This document shows, one piece after another, positions 54,757 to 64,000 of a DNA stretch of 64,000 nt. The position numbers were made by a program, and so were the translations under genes. Positions within the stretch are counted from its first letter, which is position 1. Each line of letters starts with the position of its first letter. The stretch spans positions 310,001-374,000 of the forward strand of contig JAQGDQ010000214.1 in assembly GCA_030141605.1 (NCBI GenBank), in the 5' to 3' direction. The stretch comes from Tubiluchus corallicola (taxonomy: Eukaryota > Animalia > Priapulida). The notes under the pieces were generated by a model. That model worked only from the letters and a program-made list of their open reading frames with translations, was not told the origin of the DNA and searched no databases.

Positions 54757-57535
54757 TGTTCTTCACAAAAATGGCTGAACCGGCTGCTCATTAACTTGTA
54801 GTTACGCAGAACGGACGAGAACTTTCCTAAACCGCAATTTTTCTCAAATTAGTGAAACACGACAAAACACGTACTTACAAATTAAGTGGCACTGTCTTTA
54901 CTCAATTCGCTGGATTCCATTTACCATTTAGCAACTACTTATGATCCACTGATCCTTCACTATTGACGGCCAGACGAAGTTTGCAATCTTGAGCCAGAAT
55001 GTATAACAGCTCTTCTTAAATTAGCTGAATGAATGCAGCGTGTAAGATGACGTTGTATGATGAAGACCATTGGTATGACTTGATTACTAATTGCTCACTA
55101 CAATCTGTGCAACAGTTTAAGTGTTATCCAGCAATGACAGTAATGAATTTCCGATTTCTCTTGTTGCTACTGGTGCTGCCAGAGTATGCACAGTTGCACA
55201 ACAAATTTAGAAATTTGTCATTATGCTTTATGCATGTTTTCAAAAATTGCGTAGTCGACATTTGACGAGCAATCAAAAAAGATTCATCAAAAATTGGAAT
55301 AGAAAAACTTCATGGGCGCCATCAATTATACCATACTGGGCGAATCAATTTACGACACCAGTTAGTGAAGCATTAAATACAGAGGAAGTAAAGCCCAATT
55401 TAAAAGCATGCATGCAAAAACTAATGACAGCAATGCATGAAACTAGGGAACCTAATTGCTTTAATGATTTTTATAATACAGTTGCTATTTTTCCAACTAA
55501 TTGCACCCCAGAGGTTCCGCCAATTACAATTCTGGCGGTTACGTTTGAATTCAATTACCCACAAGGATCACGTGACTCGGAGAGAAAAGTGGGCGGAGCT
55601 TTATGATGCAGGAGGTAGTAGTAAGTGACGCAAGAAAATAAGGCCATATGTATGGGTTAAACTGAAACTGTGACTTGTAATAGTATAGAACTAAAACTGC
55701 AGAAAAGATAAAAGACAAAAAACTGATTGACACCAACAAATTCTGTACATTATACAGGCGTCGATGACTGCTAGTGTTAAATAGGTGGCAATCGAAGCAC
55801 TATGAAGATCTATTTTTATAACTTAAACCAGTTTAAATCAGTGTTAAATTAAAGCAGTCTTATATTACTGTTTTCTTCAGAATAGTAGGCAGAATCAGAA
55901 AACAAATTTGGAGCAAATGACATACTACGATCGTCGATTCATCTGTCTGCCGGCGTATGCCCTAATAATGCCCAATAATGATGAACGCCATAATGATCAC
56001 AACCGTCAAATTAGCATTCATGAATTGCAGATATACATATGCAATGCGTCTTCTTGAGAACAGGGAAGAGGATAATGTCGCAAACAAGCCACAATTACAA
56101 TGCATGCAGTTGCATGAGATAAATTAGATTCAGCGGCAACGCAACAATAAGAAATACGCAAGCAAGAGAGACGAAGTGTTCAGTATCATATAACATTACA
56201 AACCCAAAATTGAACGACATCATAATTTTTTGCAACCTTTCTAAGTGCAGTTAAGTCATTTAGTTCACAAGAAAAGTTTTTAATCGTGTTGCTTTATAAT
56301 AAAATAACGAAAAATTGAGTCTGCATTAGAACCACGTACGTATGTTCATCCCAATTACAGTCGGGCAGTAAACAGTGGCCTACGTAGAAGCTAAAAATCA
56401 TAACACAAATACTTTGACTATTGTTTCTCGAAAATACCACTGCATGATATAACATTAGATCAATGAGTCAGAGGGGAGCTTAATCCCAATCAAGCACATA
56501 ATGCTGCTGTAATCACAAGTAACAGCCGCATTAGCTTATATTAGACGGCGCATTACACTGGCTAGACTTGACTGCCTCTCGTTAGCACATATTGTTGCAA
56601 CTTGTAAATTAACTATCACCAATGTAAACTACAATACACTTAATTACTACACTATGTGTGTAAGCATAAATATACTTAATAAGTGGTTTCAGGTTTCATC
56701 ATACTGTAATAAATACTCGAGATATTGTAATTGTCTCTATAACGTCATTGTACATATGTATTTCTAAATTTAAAAGTACATGTTATCAGTTAACACTAAC
56801 TAATAACTAAAGTTAAGGGCAAGGGGAATACTAAACAAGTCTAGCTGGTCAAAGTACTCTTAATTAATAATTAGTTACCACATTCTTAACCAAATCAGTA
56901 TCGTAATTACCGTTTAATATGAATTAATGGCCGACAGAATGTTGCCTCTTTTTAATTATAACTATTTGCATAAAGTATTCAAATCTATTCACGAAGGACA
57001 GCGTTATTAATTTCAATTAAAATATATATACCATAATATCCTAATAATTTTATTATACGTTGCGATGCTCCAATCATTATGAGCAAATAACACGGATTTT
57101 TTATAACACGTTGAAATAGTTATTTGCATAAGCCTATAACTGTTCGATTATTTTTAATTTGCGACGATAATCATGTACACGTTATGTGATGAATCGGTTT
57201 TTAACATGAGAGTTAACACTCATCGCGTATATTACTGCATGTATTATCATTCAGTAGCATGTTAATAGACTATAAAGTTGAGGGTGCAGGTACGTGAACG
57301 TTACTGTTAGCAATTTACATGTGCAGAAGACCTACGGATATTTCATGGGTTAAAGGATGCATCCTCATGTTATCATATCCCAGCTTTTTCGGATTCATAG
57401 CAATAACAGGCCTGGGCTTCTCTAGGTTCCATTTCAAATATAATACCACAAATGTCGTGTATAATTAGCCCGTTGAGTGAAGTTTCATTCACGGATTGAG
57501 TAAAAGAAGGTTTCCGCAGCTTACGACGTAATTAA

Positions 57536-58199
57536 AGGACAAGAAAAGGGGCACCTGAAATAGATTTCAGAAAAATCGCCTTAAAAATCATATTGCTTTT
57601 TAGGAATTTTATGCGTATATCGTACTCGTATTGAAAGGAATTTCATTTTAAATTTCCCGCAATACTGTTCCGAAGTTGCCTTTACATGACGTCACTACGA
57701 AAACGTAAATCAGAGGAAGAAAAGGCAATGTTAAATTATGTCCCAAAAAATTTTCCATGCAAATCTATATTACTTTGCTTTTCGCTTACTTGCTGGAAAA
57801 ACTTATGTAACTAGAAAAGAAAATTTCTAATTATTTAAAATGTTTTTCACAAATTGGTGAGATGTCGCTGACTCACTCTCCAGAGTGCACCACTCACTAA
57901 CCAAAATGGTATTTTTAATCTTATTGACAAGATACAGTAATTTAAAATTTTACTCAGTTAGTGGCGTGTGCGCTACGAATTATTTTTTCAAAGTTTACAA
58001 AATGTTATCTAAACTTGCTTCGAATGACCTGTCGTCAAAATGGCTGCGTCTAACGGTCATCGCGGGAGTTTAAATTTACACGTTTTATACAGCGTGACTG
58101 CCGATTGAAGTCCTGTACGTAAAAAGGCAATACGTAAAGTGATATAAAATTTCAAGACGTATTTTTAAGCTATATGTTTATGAAGGGTTTTCTTGTGCT
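57536..58199. mobile_element. Non-autonomous TTAA-target DNA transposon (Kolobok-like)
   Basis: TTAA|AGGACAAGAAAA ... TTTTCTTGTGCT|TTAA. Confidence 0.7.
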
Positions 58200-58755
58200 T
58201 TAAGTCAACAGCGACAACAATTAGCGTGAAAAAAACGAAGCGTCTCTGGAGAAGTCATCCACATCATCTCAGACGCATTTGGCAGCGCCCGTCATAAATG
58301 AAGCCAAAGACTATCGGGAGTCCGTCTTGCCAGATTTATCCGATTAACCGTCCAGCACAAAACACATAAAAAAGATTAACAGCGCCAACCAATGATTCAT
58401 AAACAGGACAGACAGGCAGGACAATCCCAGCGTTACAGACAAATTTGGTCAGAAAGATAACATCACTGGAGAAAAACGTCCAAGGATGAGGATTTGTGAG
58501 TCAGAGGATATGATTTCCCAAATATGATCTTCTTTGCTGTGTACCACTACGGGCTGGTACAGAATTAACTAAAACGGTGCAGTGATACAAATATAATCAG
58601 CAAGAAATATAGGGAACGGTAACAAAATAAGAAGACAACAGTGACGTGGGCCTGCAACCAGAACACGAGCGTGTTATTTTTTAAACTTCTGAATTCGTTA
58701 TTAGTTAAAGAGCCACAAAGATGATTTGGGAGATTTGGTGATAGAGCTTTACTGA

Positions 58756-59306
58756 CAGGCTGCATAAGATTATGGATATCCATAAAATAAGACCAAAAAT
58801 CCATAAAATAAAATTTGAAAAATCCATAAAATAAGAAATGCATAAAATAAAAAAAAAATTTGTGATTTTTTGTACAAAGTAACGAGTTGTAAGCATTGGC
58901 AACACTGAAAACGAGCGTTAGAAAGAGAGAAAGAAAACAAACCAACAAAAGCGCATTTCCGGATTTGCTATTTTACATTGTTTTTTTCTCATTGTCTTTT
59001 TGTTATCAAGATGGCGAGGTTTCAACCAAAGCATGACCTGAAGTTCGGCCTGAAAATAACTGAGAGAGACCCAGCCACCAGAGACGTACTCTCTGTAGAC
59101 TAATAAAATTAAAACTAAGTCCTGCGTGTTTAAAAACACGTTTCAAGCACTCCTGTTTTTACTTTTTAATTGATTTTCCCCTAGGCATCTCGTTCCAGAT
59201 ATAGTCTATTTCTTATTTTATTGATATCCATAAAATAAAATTTCAAAAATCCATAAAATAAGCTATTTTATTTATTTTATACATATCCATAATCTTATGC
59301 ACCCTG
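58756..59306. mobile_element. hAT-like MITE with 24-bp TIRs
   Basis: CAGGCTGCATAAGATTATGGATAT ... ATATCCATAATCTTATGCACCCTG; ATCCATAAAATAA subterminal repeats at both ends. Confidence 0.8.
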
Positions 59307-60448
59307 GAGCCTTTACAGCATGTCTCACAATCGTAATCATAATCATAATCATTTGTAACTATAAAAAATGTGCCAAAGTTAGCTAAATAGCAAATACGTC
59401 AGATATCTTGAAAAAAAATAACTTCTTTTCACTTTTGCCTGACCGACAATAATAGTAAACTTTTACAAACTGATTACACATTATCATCATTATTACGCGC
59501 ACATAGTCAAATCTATACGAATTTACAAAAATCTTTGAAATTCGTTTGCACGCCATAAGCTACTCACATTCGAATCTTCATTACCTTTTCCGTATGACAA
59601 ACTAGAGAGTATCGCCACCGAGTACACAAAAATTGTTAATCAACCTCCGTTACATTTGGTCGTCAACTGCGTCATACTTTTTGTGTTGTCAAGTCAAATA
59701 ATTTGCTGAACAAAATAGCAAAAAATATAAAAAGAAATAAGAAATAATGGAAACTAGTACGACAGCAATGAAAGTGGATCTCTAAAGCTGCTTACAAACT
59801 TGCGATAAACACCTTTCAAAGTCGAAAAAAGCGTGATAATGTTTGCTATATTAAACAACACGCAACATAGCAAAAATTACTCACATTATTAGACCCTCAG
59901 CACATTTACGAACTCTTTCATGTACACACTCACAGCACATGTAAAGACCCACCGCATAGTCCTCGCCCACCGTTGCGTCATCCGTGCTGGTGAAATAAAT
60001 TCACTTGTTGATGCAGGTGATACAAATTCACAATGCGAAGTAGCTCAGTGCAATTCAGCATCAACAATACAGAGCTTATGCAAAAATCATTGCATAATGG
60101 AAAGTTAGCTTTCGTGTGGGAGAGTAATTATATCAACAGGTGAAACAGTAGAATAACACAGGTAACACGGGTCTGGTAAAGCCTACAACAAAGCGAAACG
60201 CAGTGCGTATGTTATTTTAACAGAAAATAATAAGCCAAATGAAATGCATGTAAGGTGAATCAGACCTTGTAGAAACAAAAACAGATTACAAAAGGCGCCG
60301 TTCGTTTAATTTGGCGAGTGAGTGCACGAATTTTAATTGAAGAAATTAAAATTTGCTGGCGCAGTAATTACCCTACAAAATGTTAAGTTATATACATTGC
60401 AATTATTAATACTTGTTATTGACTTGTGATAAAAACAGCAGTAACTGA

Positions 60449-60485
<37 letters not shown>

Positions 60486-62080
60486 TATAATTCTTCATTT
60501 AAATTTAAAATAACATGCATGTACAATATTTACAAATATACAATACAGAGACCCTCTATTTGCAGGGTATAGTTATCAGACATTTAAAAAACTTTTATCA
60601 ATAAAATTTGCTATTACATTCATAACAGTTTAATATACATGTACTAATAGATCATAGATTTCGTTCATAAATTAGTATAAAAGAACAAATAAAATGAAAT
60701 AGCACCACTTTACACATAACGACCTGCATAATGTAAAAGTGACTGGGAAAAGAATAATTACATGTGAGCAAATTTGTTATGTTTCGCAAAGTTTGATAAT
60801 TTATACTAACTAAAGTTTGCAAAAATTGATCATAAACTAACTCAGTTAAAGCAACTAGCAGGTTTTTGTCAGGAGTGATATAAATTTTACTACTGTTCTG
60901 AAACTGCAAAATATTTGCGAAAATATTAACCTTTTATTTTCATCTACCAGAGTACAATTAGAATTAATTAAGCAGCAACTGAGGCAACGCTTTGATTTAA
61001 AACAACTAGAACAGGCGGCAATAAGTACTGGAAACTGAAAAAAACCAACTCGAAATGAATAACATTATTAAAACGATTAGAAACACTGCTTATGAATTTG
61101 AGTAATTTGCCAGTATTTACGTGTAATTTGATACTCTATTTGTGTAACTTGGTGCTAAAGCTGAACTGAGTAAGATGCAGTCGCTTATGTTGAGTGACTT
61201 GATGGTCAAAGTTGAGTAATTGAGAGGATTAATTAGCTCAATGTGAAGCAGTGGGTTGCGATTGCGGTCATGCCGTTGGAAAATGCTAGTCATAGATAGC
61301 TTGAATTAAACTAGTGATGTGTATTAATTTTAAGCGTTTTCGCTGTAGGTCAAACTGAGTAACTAAGTTGAAATGTACCATATTTTATTGCTAAAAAAGT
61401 CAAAATATTTATCATCGCGATAACGACGCCGAAAATCAAACCACCGTACAGCACTGTTTTAAACACCTCAGAATACAGTTAATTCTTGAACTTTAAATTC
61501 CGAATTCATCAGTACGAAAAAAGGGAAAACTCACCAATGAAAATCCCGCTGAAAAAACAAAAAAGATGCTTTCCAAAAATTGCCTGGATTGCGTTCCGTT
61601 AACAAGCAGCCTTTGTTGTTTTAGTGCAGGGCTTTGTGAGTTAAGAAATGTATTAAACGAAGATCAACAAGATAGCGGAGGCGGCAGTTTTGCGCGCTCA
61701 GAATTTCAGAAATTCCCACAGGAAACTCGGCAAACTCTGTAGCAAAGCGCTTGCTAGACTTTTGAGATGACAAAGTGGTAACCGAGACTTTAAGCAACAA
61801 TGGTTGTATGTACAACGACTGTGTAAATTCTACAATCAAGACCATTTTCCAGTTCTTAGACAATGATTCAAGGATTAACATACAAACCAGATCTCCTGGC
61901 AAAAAGCTGGTAAATGTATTCTGCCACGCAGACTGTCCAATTTGTCGATCAAGTTTAGTAAGACAAAACAAAACGTGCGGAAAGTAGGCAGGCGTGTATT
62001 TCTCACCTGCTTGAAATATTGCTAAGAGTTTCATTTAATGCTCAACCCAGTTCGTAACATAATAACATCATCTGACTGAA

Positions 62081-62091
62081 AGCGAGAGAGC

Positions 62092-62125
<34 letters not shown>

Positions 62126-62130
62126 CAGAG

Positions 62131-62200
<70 letters not shown>
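62081..62200. repeat. (GA)n microsatellite
   Basis: About 120 bp of near-pure GA repeat. Confidence 0.95.
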
Positions 62201-62202
<2 letters not shown>

Positions 62203-63269
62203 AGAGCAGAAAGATGGACAAAAAGAGGGGGGGGGAAGACAAGGAAGAATTTGTGTCAGTTTTTTGCCTTAAACACAATTTTCCACAGAATTTTTACTCT
62301 TGGTCACAGAGTATTCTTCAAGATCTACAAGGAGACTTTAACGTAGTCAACCTAGGCCGCTGAACGTTAACATTGTAGCTGTCGCCCATGCTGCAAAACT
62401 GGTGTCATTATCACCCATCACAATGTCTCCAATTTCCGATAGTACAATATTATGCTACAGAAAACGAATTAAGTTCTTTATAAAGCAACGACTGAGCAGT
62501 ATGGATGATTTCGGTTGACACAGTCTGTCAATAACAAATTTAGGTTACACGAATCAATCAGCTTCCTAAACTATGCAACGTTGACAAGTCGATACCAATC
62601 TCGGGTTTCCCTCGGCAAATCATTACTGTGTTGCCTAACCATTTAGCAATGTTTAGCAAACTGTCTTACGATGCTTCACCAACAGGACTTTGATTTAATA
62701 TTTGTGGTCGTTAAGTACACGTTGCCACTTACCCAAGTATACTGGATCAATGACCTGAATTCGTAGATGATTTGCCAGATCCTAAATACGAGGTATTATC
62801 CAATTTGTATAACACAACAGTGGCCAAAGACGCTGAGCACAAAATCACAAAAGGTGCTTTATAAAATTAATGTTTCTTCAAAACAGGTTATCATTAACCC
62901 ATAAGACTGCTGGGAAGCATTGTTGAAATCTTTCCTTTGATGAAATCCCCAGTTGCAGTCAGAGTTTCACCTTCAGAAGACGTGCACAGACTGCACATGA
63001 GAAGAATAAAGGTTCGGTTGAAAAATCACGCTGTTGAATGCATGCAGTTGGATATAAATCAAGAAGTGCAAAAATGGCCATAAATGCGCATGAATTTTTA
63101 ACCGTGTATTGTACGATTACGAAATGTAAAGTACAGCATTTACAAGGCTTTCAATTCAAATACAATGTTACTTTGAACGACAAAGAATTAGAAAGAGTAA
63201 TTAGGGCATTTATAACAAGTACGGAAACGGCAACACTAAAATTAGATCGTAGTCGGACTATTTTTGTGA

Positions 63270-63458
63270 TCCAGGTGAAAAAGTCACAGACAAATTGTCA
63301 CATGAAAAGAGGCACAGGAAGAAAGAAAATGCCCTTACACTCAAAAATCCTAATTCTAACCCTAACCTTTAACCCTAGCCAAAATTAATTGACTTCTTTT
63401 CCTGTGGCTTTTTTCCTGGCCAAAATTGTGAGTTTTTCCTGAGTTTTTTTCCTGCGGC
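63270..63458. mobile_element. Palindromic non-autonomous element, family C, copy 2
   Basis: AAAAGTCACAG...CTAACCCTAACCTTTAACCCTAG...TTTTCCTGTGGC; similar to 39765-39938. Confidence 0.6.
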
Positions 63459-64000
63459 TGGGAGAAGGGACAAAAATTTGTTCATCTGCTGTTCAGTGGT
63501 TAAAACTTCTTATAAAGACTGCTGGCAAACCTTGTTACATATTTAGTAAGTACAGACTGACATGGTTGATTTTGCTAGAAGCGTTTTAAACGAGACTGCA
63601 GCCGCGTGCCGGAAGCTGAATTAGTGACGTCTCAACGGGAGGCTTTTAAGAAAATCTAATTAAAACTGCGCTGGCAGAGACATCTTTAAGGGACAGCATT
63701 ATGTTGCAATTTATTTCCTCATATCAGAAAATCAGCATAAATGTCATTGTAACATTTATGGGACAAGAATTTTGGAACGCTACGCAATTACGCAATATGC
63801 AATTAGCTACTTATGGCACAATCAGTACGATGTATATGCACTGTGGAATAATACTTCCCACAATATGAGAATTCCATAACACACCATAGGCCACTTTGCG
63901 TCAGTTCACCAATGCATTTAATTCAAGCATTTTGGAACGTTGAGAACAAGGTAGTATACCACCAAGTGAACGTACTTTGGAGCAATTGTCAATAATAAAT

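Noticed and set aside
55223-55606. 127-aa plus-strand ORF
   Set aside because: No ATG start at the annotated position, no recognisable domain and no supporting splice structure.
58565-59139. Hydrophobic ORFs resembling membrane proteins
   Set aside because: They are translations of the AT-rich subterminal repeats of the MITE at 58756-59306.
61621-62278. ORFs of 137 aa and 78 aa near the GA repeat
   Set aside because: The 78-aa ORF is translated (CT)n microsatellite; the 137-aa ORF has no recognisable homology and more likely lies in UTR or promoter sequence.
36836-64000. Ankyrin-repeat exons of Caskin
   Set aside because: No TPLH/ALH-type ankyrin motifs were found in the ORF track or by eye; they lie beyond the window, are absent, or are too short for me to detect.

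Overview
AT-rich, intron-rich genomic DNA from an invertebrate metazoan; the phylum cannot be fixed from sequence alone. Four protein-coding genes were reconstructed by hand from GT/GC-AG splice sites and phase consistency. (1) DNAJC7/TPR2 co-chaperone: minus strand, 13 coding exons, 1540-11566, about 511 aa, one GC-AG intron. (2) CPSF4/CPSF30 (Clipper-like): plus strand, 7 exons, 15245-20103, about 293 aa, five CCCH fingers and two CCHC knuckles, head-to-head with DNAJC7. (3) Caskin-family scaffold (SH3, SAM-SAM, Pro-rich region, Caskin C-terminal motif): minus strand, 14 exons, 21560-36835, tail-to-tail with CPSF4. No ankyrin-repeat exons were found in the window, but several short ATG-initiated phase-1 exon candidates lie upstream of the SH3 exon. 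(4) An unnamed five-exon gene nested antisense inside a Caskin intron (29484-31806, plus strand). It encodes a ~341-aa type I membrane protein with a signal peptide, one CUB domain, a Ser/Thr/Pro stalk, a TM helix and a cytoplasmic tail rich in tyrosine motifs (IYEEL, VVYEAV, YMDM, YIEI). This is the most novel item in the window. The rest is intronic or upstream sequence with a 5'-truncated LINE, several MITE families (TTAA/Kolobok-like, hAT-like, TA-flanked), tRNA-derived SINE remnants, a 40-bp minisatellite, local duplications and microsatellites.
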